This document shows, in pieces, positions 22,374-31,991 of a stretch of 64,000 nucleotides of DNA (position 1 is its first letter; every line of letters starts with the position of its first letter). The position numbers and the translations under genes are program-made. Location: contig CAIWVW010000004.1 of the NCBI GenBank assembly GCA_903916255.1, positions 3,895-67,894 on the forward strand, in the 5' to 3' direction. This stretch comes from an uncultured Bacteroidota bacterium (GTDB lineage: Bacteria > Bacteroidota > Bacteroidia > JABEUT01). Under the pieces are notes generated by a model. The model made no database searches, was not told where the DNA came from, and saw only the letters and a list, made by a program, of their open reading frames with translations.

Positions 22374-24152
22374 TTATTTTTTCAGGGTTGAAATACGGAT
22401 GGAATCAATATCCCCTTCAAATCCGTAAATGGAATAGACATAGAGTTTTAAGGTAGTTTTATCCGAGTAATCAGGGACTTTAATGTAGTAGGCATATTTG
22501 TTTCGAATGCCCTCCCCACTTATGGGGTTGAATAACCTCACCTTATTGTGTTGTACTAATGTGCCGCAATCTAATTCCGAACTGAGATAGCCCCCGTTGA
22601 ATCCGGTGCTTGCTTTAACGTTAGCCTCCACTTTTAGCCACACTTCGTCATGTGATTTTTGGGAATCGGGTTTCAGGGGTGTTTCTATCAATAGTGCAGG
22701 AGTATTCGGCGCTGCGCTTACATGATGAACCGTATCCATTCGCGAAATAACCTTCATTTCATAGTTGTTTTCGTTGCTTACATAATCATTGGTATCAAGC
22801 AGACTCATATCTAATGGGGTGGGGTGAGGGTTTAAGTAAATCCGCCCGTAATATTTACGGTTCATATCGGTATAATGCAAAACCGTGGAATTGTATTGCC
22901 CAATCTGGAAAAAGTTTACACCAATTAAATAGATACCCAAAAGATAAAACAGGTATTTGAAAACTTTCTTCCATGCAGGTGTTTTTATAAATCGCAGGTA
23001 CTCTATAAAAGCCGCCAGGGGTAAGGCAAATACCGGATAGGATTCGGAAAGCCTCCGGCAGGAATAAGTGGCATCGGGGTTACCATCCCACCAGGAAATA
23101 ATAATATAGATATTTAACAGGCAAAACCAGAATACCGAATTTTTAAAAGGATAGGGTTTTCCCATCGGCGCTCTTTTGGCCATATAAAACATACCTATAA
23201 TAAAGAAAATAGTTACAGGGGTATAAATGAACCATCCGCTTTCAAAGCCAAACAAAACGCTGAAAAACGGATTGAGGAAAGACCATTTGCTGCCTACGTC
23301 GTACACAAAAAATCCTGTTGCAATTTGCCAGTAAATAAGTTGCGGCAAAACACCCAGAAAAGTAAAAAATATAGCATAGGCAACATGCTTTTTATGTTGT
23401 TTTACAAGGTTCCATTTTTCCTTTGCCGATTCTTTGGTTTGTGTCCCCCATAATAATGGGATGAATAACATAACAGCCTCGGTGGGCCTGCAAATTGCAG
23501 CTAACCCGATAACATAACCAATAATACAGGCAACATATACCTTTGGCTTTTCATGCCATTTCATGGTGAAGTATAATATCAACGCGTACAAGGGAAAAAT
23601 TATACCGTGACTCTGGGCGCTGTCTATTGATACATACTGAATTATATTAGTTGCAAGCATTAAAAGTAATAATGCCAGGGCTGTTGTCTGGTCGCTGAAA
23701 TAAGTAAGTAAAACCTTACGGAGAAAGAAAAGAGCAAGCAGACAGGAGAACAATACTCCAAAGGCAATAGAATATTGGTAAGGCGGCGAAAAACCATCCG
23801 CTTCATAATGGCAGGCCTTGGCAATGCCATGCCCTATAAGGAACCACGGCAATTCCATGATAGCTTCCCCGCCTAAATATTTGAATACATATTTGTTGGT
23901 CTTTTTATAAATATTCGCCTGGTAAACCCACCCGCCAGAAACGTGATATTTTTTATCTATGTCAGGGAACCATTTTAATTGTGTAGCATCATCATAAATA
24001 ATGGCTGAAGGCAGGTACATATAGTAGCCAAGGGCATCCCAAGTGGTAATTCGTAACGTATTTCCTCCTCCAAAATTGGAATATGAAAACCGATATTGAA
24101 TTAATACCAATGCTATGATAAAGCAAGCAACAAGGGAATATTTATTTTTCAT
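22374..24152 (-). CDS. Polytopic membrane protein, probable GT-C fold glycosyltransferase
   Basis: WDALGYYMYLP after the first TM, DGFSPPYQY, ICRPT, many TM helices, soluble C-terminal domain. Confidence 0.6.
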   Translation of the reverse strand: MKNKYSLVACFIIALVLIQYRFSYSNFGGGNTLRITTWDALGYYMYLPSAIIYDDATQLKWFPDIDKKYHVSGGWVYQANIYKKTNKYVFKYLGGEAIMELPWFLIGHGIAKACHYEADGFSPPYQYSIAFGVLFSCLLALFFLRKVLLTYFSDQTTALALLLLMLATNIIQYVSIDSAQSHGIIFPLYALILYFTMKWHEKPKVYVACIIGYVIGLAAICRPTEAVMLFIPLLWGTQTKESAKEKWNLVKQHKKHVAYAIFFTFLGVLPQLIYWQIATGFFVYDVGSKWSFLNPFFSVLFGFESGWFIYTPVTIFFIIGMFYMAKRAPMGKPYPFKNSVFWFCLLNIYIIISWWDGNPDATYSCRRLSESYPVFALPLAAFIEYLRFIKTPAWKKVFKYLFYLLGIYLIGVNFFQIGQYNSTVLHYTDMNRKYYGRIYLNPHPTPLDMSLLDTNDYVSNENNYEMKVISRMDTVHHVSAAPNTPALLIETPLKPDSQKSHDEVWLKVEANVKASTGFNGGYLSSELDCGTLVQHNKVRLFNPISGEGIRNKYAYYIKVPDYSDKTTLKLYVYSIYGFEGDIDSIRISTLKK

Positions 24153-24162
24153 TAGTTGCCAA

Positions 24163-24918
24163 TTAATTAAATAGTAAAGATAATTTCAACCCAAATGAAG
24201 CAAGCCTTGGATAAGTATTTGCAACATTCCGAATTTCGTAATTGTAGTAGGGTTCAATGGAAATCAGCTCATCCTCCTTTAAGGAAATATCATATCTAAT
24301 ACATGGCGAAATAAATAGGCACATTATTGGGATGTCCTCGCTTGTCGGAGCGCTTTCGGGTGTATTATTGTAAACATTTGCACTTACGGTTGCGCCAATG
24401 CCTGCTCCCAATCTTTGTGTTAGTGATTCTATAATCCTGATGTAGTTCCAGAATGACAAATCTACAAGGGTGTAGTTAAATAAATCAGTATTTGTAGTTT
24501 GTGAAGTAGTATATACAGGAGGATTAAAATAGTAGACAGATGAAACAGTTTGAATAGCGGAGGCATAATAACTATAATATGAGATGCCGAAAGAAAATAC
24601 CCTGTACCACCTCGAGTTTTCTTTTGAAATTAATTCAAAACCTCCGGAACCTCCAAAACCGAGGGTCTGCTTAATATTAGACTCTGTAGTAGTATAAGAA
24701 CCTCCAAGTCCAGCTGCTGTATTATTTTCTATCGGGACAACTAACCCTCCCGAATTATAAACCCCGCTAACAGAACCATAAATTCCATAGCTTCTTTTAT
24801 TTACTGCTTTAGTTTTTAATACCGGATGCTGAGCTTTTTGGGTATCGCTGATTTGCTGCCCAAAAATAGTTTGAGTAAGTGCAAATAAAACCGCTGTTAA
24901 AACTATTGATATTCGCAT
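24163..24918 (-). CDS. Hypothetical outer-membrane beta-barrel protein
   Basis: Signal peptide, alternating G/aromatic strands, C-terminal SFGLKLSLLFN. Confidence 0.6.
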   Translation of the reverse strand: MRISIVLTAVLFALTQTIFGQQISDTQKAQHPVLKTKAVNKRSYGIYGSVSGVYNSGGLVVPIENNTAAGLGGSYTTTESNIKQTLGFGGSGGFELISKENSRWYRVFSFGISYYSYYASAIQTVSSVYYFNPPVYTTSQTTNTDLFNYTLVDLSFWNYIRIIESLTQRLGAGIGATVSANVYNNTPESAPTSEDIPIMCLFISPCIRYDISLKEDELISIEPYYNYEIRNVANTYPRLASFGLKLSLLFN

Positions 24919-24929
24919 TCCAACATTCC

Positions 24930-25586
24930 TTAAATGCTCAACCTTGCTTCACCTACAAAAGGGTTAAATTTCTTTTCGTGGCCAATGGTAGTGGGTATTC
25001 CATGACCTGAAAAGACTTCCACATCTGCGGGAAGGGTAAAAATTTTGGTGAGTATATTTTCTTCAAGGGTATCATAGTCTCCGCCGGGAAGGTCGGTCCT
25101 GCCAATGCTTTCCCGGAAAAGTACATCGCCAGCCCAAAGCTTTTTGTCGTTGGCGCTGTAAAAGCACAATCCCCCTGGCGAATGGCCCGGAGCATAGATA
25201 ACCTCCAGCGTAATATCTCCCAATTGTATTTTTTCGTGTTCTTCAATAAATCTCAGCGGTTCGGGCGAAGGGGTAGCTTCGACCCCATAAAAAGCGGCTA
25301 CGGTGCTCAGGCTGTGCAAAACAGTAAGTTCGTTGCGGTGGAGCAGGGGAGCCAGCCCATATTCTTTATAAACAAAGTGATTGCCCAAAACATGGTCTAT
25401 ATGGCAATGGGTGTTCAGCAAAAGCAAGGGTTTCAGGCGTTCAAAACGGATGAAACCAGCCAGTTTATGGCATTCTTCAGGCGTACTACAGCCGGGGTCT
25501 ATAATGGCAGCTTCCTTTGCATCATTATATATAATGTAGGTGTTTTCGGCAAATGCGTTAAACTCGAAGTGTTTTTGATGTGTCAT
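24930..25586 (-). CDS. MBL-fold metallo-hydrolase (glyoxalase II-like)
   Basis: THCHIDH, PGHSPG, GDVLF, GRTDLPGGD, SGHG. Confidence 0.95.
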   Translation of the reverse strand: MTHQKHFEFNAFAENTYIIYNDAKEAAIIDPGCSTPEECHKLAGFIRFERLKPLLLLNTHCHIDHVLGNHFVYKEYGLAPLLHRNELTVLHSLSTVAAFYGVEATPSPEPLRFIEEHEKIQLGDITLEVIYAPGHSPGGLCFYSANDKKLWAGDVLFRESIGRTDLPGGDYDTLEENILTKIFTLPADVEVFSGHGIPTTIGHEKKFNPFVGEARLSI

Positions 25587-25640
25587 ATAGCCTCTGTTTA
25601 GGGCAAATTTACTATTTTAGCATTCTTATTCAGGCTTAAA

Positions 25641-28600
25641 GTGTACTCACGTTGTAAATATTTACTTATTGCGCTGTTGGTTTTCTCCTTCTCGTTCGAA
25701 GGGGCTTCCCAGTTTTATACGGGTTCGCAAATCCCGTTTGGTAAAAACAGGGTGAAGTATACCAAGCACCACTGGACCTATTATACCTATCCCGATTATA
25801 AAGTTTATTTTTACGATGGCGGTGAAAAAACAGCGGAGTATGTTGGTGAAAAGGCAGGCGTATTTCTGCGGCAAATGTGTTCATTTATAGATTATCAAAC
25901 AGACAAGCCAATCGATATTATTATTTATAACAAGCAATCGGAATATGCCGAAAGCAATATTGGCTTGGAACAGGATGAACAATATAACATAGGCGGCGAA
26001 AACCATATAGCATCGCGCAAAGTAACCGTGTATGTCGATGGCAACCACCGTGATTTGGATGAGCAACTGAAGCTGGGCCTTGCTGAAGTTATTTTCCAGG
26101 AAATGATGTATGGCGGCAGTTTTGTAAACGTTATCAAGAGTTCCACTTTATATAATATTCCACCCTGGTTCGAGCAGGGTTTTGTTCACTATATTGCTTC
26201 GGGCTGGAATACTACTATCGACGGCTATGTGCGTGATGGAATCGAATCGGGCCGATATAAAAAATTCAACCGGCTTACCGGGCAGGATGCTACGTATGCC
26301 GGTGTTTCCATTTGGAATTATATTGCGCAGAGTTATGGTGAAACTATTATTCCGCAGGTATTATATGTGGCCCGTTCCAGCCGCAGTATCGAAAGTGCTT
26401 TCCTGTATTCATTGGGAACAACCTTAAAGTCATTTTCCGGTGATTGGATATCATTTTATGAAACCCAATATCACAAGGAAACTCCGAAGGATGCTATTCC
26501 GAAAAAGCAACCGCTGATAGCAAAACCGAAAAGCAATACCAACTATTACAACTTCAAATCGAGCCCCGAGGGCCGCTATTCGGCTTACGCTACCAATGAG
26601 CTGGGCCAGTGCCGTGTTTGGTTGTATGATAACCTTACCAAAAAAAGCACATCGATACTTAAACAGGGACAAAAAATCGACCGTGTGTATGACTTTTCCT
26701 ATCCGATAATTGCATGGCACCCCAGTGGTGAAATATTTTCCATAGTAATGGAATCGGAAGGGATTTTGAAACTTTATACGTACACCCTTGCCACTCATAA
26801 ACTGGAAGAACGCAGGATAATGAATTTCCAAAAAATATTGGATATTTCTTATTCGGATGACGGAAGCAAATTTGCCATGTCGGCCATACAGGATGGGCAA
26901 TCGGATATATATGTATTTACGGCGGGTTCCAATGCTTATGAAAAAATAACGGATGATGTATACGATGATTTAGCTCCACGTTTTATTGACCATTCCACCA
27001 AAATAATATTCAGTTCAAACCGCCCTAATGATACGCTGAAAGGAGAAGGCGACTTTCATAAAATGCAAACGCATTTCGATATTTTCGAATACAATCTGCG
27101 CACGCATTCCAAAGAATTGGTGAGGATAACCAATACTCCCGACATAGATGAAACCGACCCTGCCCCCTATGCCCCGGGATATATTTCATACCTGAGCAAT
27201 GCTTCGGGCGCGATGAACAGAAATATTGCGCGCATAGACAGTTCCATCAGCTTTGTCGATACTTCCGCACATTACCGTTACAATGTGCATTCATTTCCTA
27301 TAACCGATTACAGCCATACTATTATGGAGCAGGATGCTTCGCCCTATATACGCTATATGACCGAAGTTTTTTACCGAAACGGAAAATATTATTTGTATAA
27401 AGATACCCTGCCAGAAAAGCTTACTTCATTTACCACCGTAACGCCGCAGCCAAGTTATTATATGCGGCAGTTTCTTGCCGGCAGGCGCAGAAAAGCTTTC
27501 GATGATTCTATTGCAAAACTTGCGTTGAAAAAGGATACCAATTCGCTTATTGTGAAATATGCCCCATCACCTGAAAAGAAAGAACCTGCCAAAGACACAT
27601 CTAAAAAAACGGCCGCAGATACGGTAAAAAAAGACCCTTATCACCAGCCGGTGAATATTAATTCATACACATTCGACGCGCCATCGGCAAATCCGCTCAA
27701 GCCTGTCATAAATATTATTCAGCCACCTAAAACAGTTCAAACGGTAGTTGTTTTCCCGATGGATAACACACCTGCCCCTAAAAAGGATACAGTTGTAAAA
27801 CCGCAAATCCTTTCCAAAGAAAATTATTATGTCAGTTTCAAACCCTCCTATATAAATACGCAGTTGAATAATACCTATATCTCCAACTCGTATGAACCAT
27901 ATATAGCCAATGCAACTTCCTCTATACTTTCTCCGGGGCTGGGATTCAACTTGTCGTTAACAGGCCTGCAAGATTTGTTTGAAGATTACAGCATCTCCGG
28001 CGGAGTGAGGATGGCGCCCTTCGATAACACCGATTATTATTTAACCTACGAGGATAAATCGGGCCGGTTGGGCAAAGAATTGATTTTACACCGCGGTTCG
28101 TTTTTAGGTGTGAATACAGGAAATTACCCTGCCAATCTTTATTCCATGGATGCTACTTACAAGCTGCTGTATCCGTTCAATGAAGTATCGCGCCTGGAAG
28201 GAAGCGCAGGTATTCTGAATGAAAAAAATATTACACTTTCCATTGATGTTCCCAGCCTTGAAACTCCTCCTGTAACTACCTATATGCCGCATTTGGAAGC
28301 CGACTACGTATATGATGCCACAAGGCCGGCCGGGTTGAATATTTATTCCGGATTGAGGGGGCGCGGCTTCATTCAGTACTATGATGATTTGAGCAAAACC
28401 AAAACGGGGATGTTTGTAGCGGGTTTCGATATCAGGTATTACAAAAAAATCCACAGGGAGTTAATCTGGGCCAACCGACTTTCGGGTGGGACTTCTTTCG
28501 GACAAGAGCATTTGCTGTATTATATGGGCGGGGTAGACGGGTGGTTCAATCCTACTTTCAGCAGCATTACCGGAGCCACACCCGGACAGAATTATGTTTT

Positions 28601-29021
28601 TCAAACACTGGCAACCCCATTGCGCGGCTTCGACCAGAATATCCGCAACGGAACAAATTTCATTTTGTATAACACCGAAATCAGGTTTCCCATTTTCCGC
28701 TACTTGTCTAATCGCCCCATTAAATCAGACTTCTTAAACAACTTCCAGTTCATCACCTTTTTGGACGTAGGCACCGCTTGGACAGGCGCTACTCCATACT
28801 CTACAGTTAACTCCATTAACACTACCGTTGTTGGTGCTCCGGGAAATCCTATTACGGTAATTATATCGACCCAGCAATACCCATTTGTGGAAGGCTTCGG
28901 CGAAGGAATCCGGACACGGATATTGGGATACTTTGTGCGTTTAGATGAAGCCTGGGGGGTAAACAATGGTTCTATAACCGGCGGCCCTACTACCTATTTC
29001 TCCTTCACCCTCGATTTTTAA
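25641..29021 (+). CDS. Omp85-family outer-membrane protein with zincin-like N-domain and PD40/TolB-like beta-propeller
   Basis: Signal peptide, FGKNRVKY, PPWFEQG, propeller repeats (WHPSG, YSDDG, FSSNR), barrel motif LRGF, C-terminal Phe. Confidence 0.75.
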   Translation: MYSRCKYLLIALLVFSFSFEGASQFYTGSQIPFGKNRVKYTKHHWTYYTYPDYKVYFYDGGEKTAEYVGEKAGVFLRQMCSFIDYQTDKPIDIIIYNKQSEYAESNIGLEQDEQYNIGGENHIASRKVTVYVDGNHRDLDEQLKLGLAEVIFQEMMYGGSFVNVIKSSTLYNIPPWFEQGFVHYIASGWNTTIDGYVRDGIESGRYKKFNRLTGQDATYAGVSIWNYIAQSYGETIIPQVLYVARSSRSIESAFLYSLGTTLKSFSGDWISFYETQYHKETPKDAIPKKQPLIAKPKSNTNYYNFKSSPEGRYSAYATNELGQCRVWLYDNLTKKSTSILKQGQKIDRVYDFSYPIIAWHPSGEIFSIVMESEGILKLYTYTLATHKLEERRIMNFQKILDISYSDDGSKFAMSAIQDGQSDIYVFTAGSNAYEKITDDVYDDLAPRFIDHSTKIIFSSNRPNDTLKGEGDFHKMQTHFDIFEYNLRTHSKELVRITNTPDIDETDPAPYAPGYISYLSNASGAMNRNIARIDSSISFVDTSAHYRYNVHSFPITDYSHTIMEQDASPYIRYMTEVFYRNGKYYLYKDTLPEKLTSFTTVTPQPSYYMRQFLAGRRRKAFDDSIAKLALKKDTNSLIVKYAPSPEKKEPAKDTSKKTAADTVKKDPYHQPVNINSYTFDAPSANPLKPVINIIQPPKTVQTVVVFPMDNTPAPKKDTVVKPQILSKENYYVSFKPSYINTQLNNTYISNSYEPYIANATSSILSPGLGFNLSLTGLQDLFEDYSISGGVRMAPFDNTDYYLTYEDKSGRLGKELILHRGSFLGVNTGNYPANLYSMDATYKLLYPFNEVSRLEGSAGILNEKNITLSIDVPSLETPPVTTYMPHLEADYVYDATRPAGLNIYSGLRGRGFIQYYDDLSKTKTGMFVAGFDIRYYKKIHRELIWANRLSGGTSFGQEHLLYYMGGVDGWFNPTFSSITGATPGQNYVFQTLATPLRGFDQNIRNGTNFILYNTEIRFPIFRYLSNRPIKSDFLNNFQFITFLDVGTAWTGATPYSTVNSINTTVVGAPGNPITVIISTQQYPFVEGFGEGIRTRILGYFVRLDEAWGVNNGSITGGPTTYFSFTLDF

Positions 29022-29273
29022 ACTGAAAAAAATCTGCAAAATTCTTTCGGGCGAAATGTCCGGGTTTTTCACGTATTTGAAATTTTAAGAATTCCCATTT
29101 CACCCAATATCGGCAGGTGATTTGGGCAATGTCCCGCCATGCATGTATTTTCGGACATTTTTAGTGAAATGCAAATGTATGGTAAATGTGCTATAAAGAA
29201 TTTATTAAGCCAGTCAATGACTTTCGATGAAAATAATTTCCAAAGGTATATACTTGCAGTAAATATTTTTAAC

Positions 29274-29678
29274 ATGAATACTGAAGAACAAGCCAGAACC
29301 ACTAAGCAAAAGCAAGCCATGATTGATGCCATAGAAGCCAATTTTGGTAATATTACCAAGGCTGCAAAAGAGGTAGGAATTAATGTTCGCACACACAACA
29401 GGTGGAGAAAGGAAGATAACGATTACGACACGCAGTTTGTAAAGATAAAAGACGTTTCCTACGTAAAGGTGAAAGATAGTTTGCTGGAGGAAGCGATGAA
29501 AAGGATAAAGAAAGGTGATTCGACCGTATTGAACCAAATGCTGCGGCTGTTTTATAAAAACCTGCCCGAAGATATGATTAAGGCTGCCCGAGTTAATGAC
29601 ATACCTGTGCGCGCAACCATTAAATGGGTATCGACACCGCAAGACCCGAGAAGAGAAGGCTATGTGAAACCGGAGTAG
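29274..29678 (+). CDS. HTH protein resembling a phage terminase small subunit
   Basis: KQAMIDAIEANFGNITKAAKEVGINVRTHNRWRKED HTH, helical middle, IKKGD, terminal beta-strand IKWV; start set at ATG 29274. Confidence 0.6.
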   Translation: MNTEEQARTTKQKQAMIDAIEANFGNITKAAKEVGINVRTHNRWRKEDNDYDTQFVKIKDVSYVKVKDSLLEEAMKRIKKGDSTVLNQMLRLFYKNLPEDMIKAARVNDIPVRATIKWVSTPQDPRREGYVKPE

Positions 29679-29722
29679 GGGGGGAGGGAAATATTTTTAC
29701 ATTTGTATGGAAAAATATTTTC

Positions 29723-31969
29723 ATGGATAAAGAAAAGGCAGATAGAAAATTTATCAGTAAAGCAAAATTTTCATTGAAGGGTATTGTTGGTTTGCTTACT
29801 ATGGCTGCCATTGCCATAACTGTTTTTTATATTGCTAAGCACCACAAACCTTCAGATGCTTATATGCAAACCCTGCCTGAATTAAATGAACAAGGCAATA
29901 AGCAATGGAGTGATGCCGATAAATATTTGCCGGGACAAACCTTCACCCTCAACACTGCACAAGACACTATAATACAAACGAAAGGGGGATTGGTTATTGC
30001 CGTTCCTGCAAAGTGTTTTGTAGATGATAATGGAAATCCTGTAACAGGCCCTATAGAATTGGAAGTGAAGGAAGCGCTGGATGCGGCATCTATGATGAGG
30101 GCAGGCTTATCTACCAAATCGGGAAGTGATTTGTTGGAGAGCGCAGGGATGTTTTATCTGAATGGAAGAAAGGATGGAAAATCCTTGAAGATAAATCCCA
30201 ATAACGGAATATATGTACGTGTTCCTGCAGATTCTGTTAAAACCGGTATGCAGGCCTTTGAAGGTAAGCGCATGCCCGATGGCACTATAGATTGGGTAAA
30301 TCCCAAACCATTGCTACGCAATTTGGTTCCGGTAGATATCCATACCCTGAATTTTTACCCTCCACTTTATTTAGATTCATTAGCTATGTGGGGAAAGGAT
30401 ATAAAAAACAAAATTTATACGGATAGTTTGTATTATTCGTTTGCGAGTGAGTTTGGAGAATATCATATTGAGCCTGATACCTTTCTGGAGAGGTATGACT
30501 CCGGAATAGATTTGTACATATCAAATTGTCAACCTTGTCATTCCTCCCGAAAAGATTTAATTATTCCGGTTGCAGGAATACCAAGTTTAGCTTCAAGAGT
30601 TCCGCAGCCATATCAATCTTGGTTATTGAAATATATAAAGAACTATCCAAAACTCATCAAATCAGGAGATGTCTATGCTAAAAAGTTAGGTTATGGTATG
30701 GCTGTATTTGAGAATAATCTTACGGATAGGCAGATAAACAATATCATAACATTTCTTACTAGTACACCAATTAATGAAGATTCAACTGCTGTAAGCTACT
30801 ATATTAGGAGACGACCTCACGAATCAGATTCAATGCCTTCAGATAAATGCGGCATCAACCCCGCCAAAATAAAAGCTATCTGGAATGATAAATTTCAAAA
30901 TACGTTGCTTGCAACAAAAGAGTTTGAAGAGCGCATGCCATTTATTCACCAAACGGGACAAAATGCAATTCTTGATTTGTATGTAAATAATCTGGATAAG
31001 AACCTTTCTTATATAGATTCACTTGCTGCCATGCAATTAGGCGGAGAATTAAAAAATAAATTCCTCTCTTTTGCTGCACGTGGCGATGGGAAAGTGGTAA
31101 TTAAATCCTCGCTGTTTGAAAAACTGAAAGCATTTTTTGAAAAGAAATCGAGGCTATTTACCGAGGCCGCAACTAAAGTTCAAAAGGAGTATGAAGAAAA
31201 GCAAAATAAAGAGGATGTAAAAGCAGATAATAAGGAAGAACAGCATGTTCATACCGATACAATGAGGAGTAACCAAATGAGAGGAAATGAATATAAGGAA
31301 AACTTGAAAGCCGCTTGCAGGCAAGTTGGCGACCCAGATTCTATCGGTAAGGTAGATAAAAACGGATATGCTGTTTTATGCAAAACTCCCGGCTGGATTA
31401 ATTTGGATGCCTATGTATGGGCATCAACATATAATCGTACTACGTTGGAATATACATCGCCAACGAATGGCAGAAAAGCAGAAATTAAGTATCTCCCGTT
31501 CAGTATTACTGTGAAGGATTATTCAAAATACGATAACGTTTTTGTCTATCTGTTACCAAACAAGCTGAATAGCTTTATGCGGGTAAGTAATTCTGATGGG
31601 AAATTCAAAGAGAACCTGGATGAAATATTTTCCTATAGTCTGGAATGTCTTGCATATAAAGGGAATCAGGCATATTACTATGCTATGGATAAGGTTGACC
31701 AAGGGGACTATAGCGGAATAGATTTGCAACCTGTAAGTTCAAAAGAATTGGAGAATGAACTAAATAAACATGGAAGCAAAAACCAGCAAGATGACATGGA
31801 TAAGGAGCTGGAATATATGAAATTTGAAACGGAAGACAAAAAGCGACGAAAACAAATTGAAGAAATGGCAGATTTCAGAATAAGAGTAGAGCGTGTAATA
31901 TTTAAGTGTCCGGAAGGAGGGCAGGGCCAAGAAGCGATGCCGACAGACTCTTCATGCTTTAAAAAATAG
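29723..31969 (+). CDS. Membrane-anchored protein with a c-type cytochrome domain
   Basis: N-terminal TM, CQPCH at 30527-30541, candidate distal Met (GYGMAVF), LTDRQINNIITFL; TACATTTG -7 box at 29698-29705 supports ATG 29723. Confidence 0.7.
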   Translation: MDKEKADRKFISKAKFSLKGIVGLLTMAAIAITVFYIAKHHKPSDAYMQTLPELNEQGNKQWSDADKYLPGQTFTLNTAQDTIIQTKGGLVIAVPAKCFVDDNGNPVTGPIELEVKEALDAASMMRAGLSTKSGSDLLESAGMFYLNGRKDGKSLKINPNNGIYVRVPADSVKTGMQAFEGKRMPDGTIDWVNPKPLLRNLVPVDIHTLNFYPPLYLDSLAMWGKDIKNKIYTDSLYYSFASEFGEYHIEPDTFLERYDSGIDLYISNCQPCHSSRKDLIIPVAGIPSLASRVPQPYQSWLLKYIKNYPKLIKSGDVYAKKLGYGMAVFENNLTDRQINNIITFLTSTPINEDSTAVSYYIRRRPHESDSMPSDKCGINPAKIKAIWNDKFQNTLLATKEFEERMPFIHQTGQNAILDLYVNNLDKNLSYIDSLAAMQLGGELKNKFLSFAARGDGKVVIKSSLFEKLKAFFEKKSRLFTEAATKVQKEYEEKQNKEDVKADNKEEQHVHTDTMRSNQMRGNEYKENLKAACRQVGDPDSIGKVDKNGYAVLCKTPGWINLDAYVWASTYNRTTLEYTSPTNGRKAEIKYLPFSITVKDYSKYDNVFVYLLPNKLNSFMRVSNSDGKFKENLDEIFSYSLECLAYKGNQAYYYAMDKVDQGDYSGIDLQPVSSKELENELNKHGSKNQQDDMDKELEYMKFETEDKKRRKQIEEMADFRIRVERVIFKCPEGGQGQEAMPTDSSCFKK

Positions 31970-31991
31970 GAAGGAGAAAGTATTTCACTTT

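Noticed and set aside
23155-23185. AKRAPMGK segment in the GT-C-like protein as another REP-like insertion
   Set aside because: No convincing palindrome or tandem repeat at the DNA level.
29139-31969. Prophage around the TerS-like gene; extended ORF starts at 29139 and 29624
   Set aside because: No integrase, att site or structural genes. The longer starts run through promoter regions or overlap the upstream gene.
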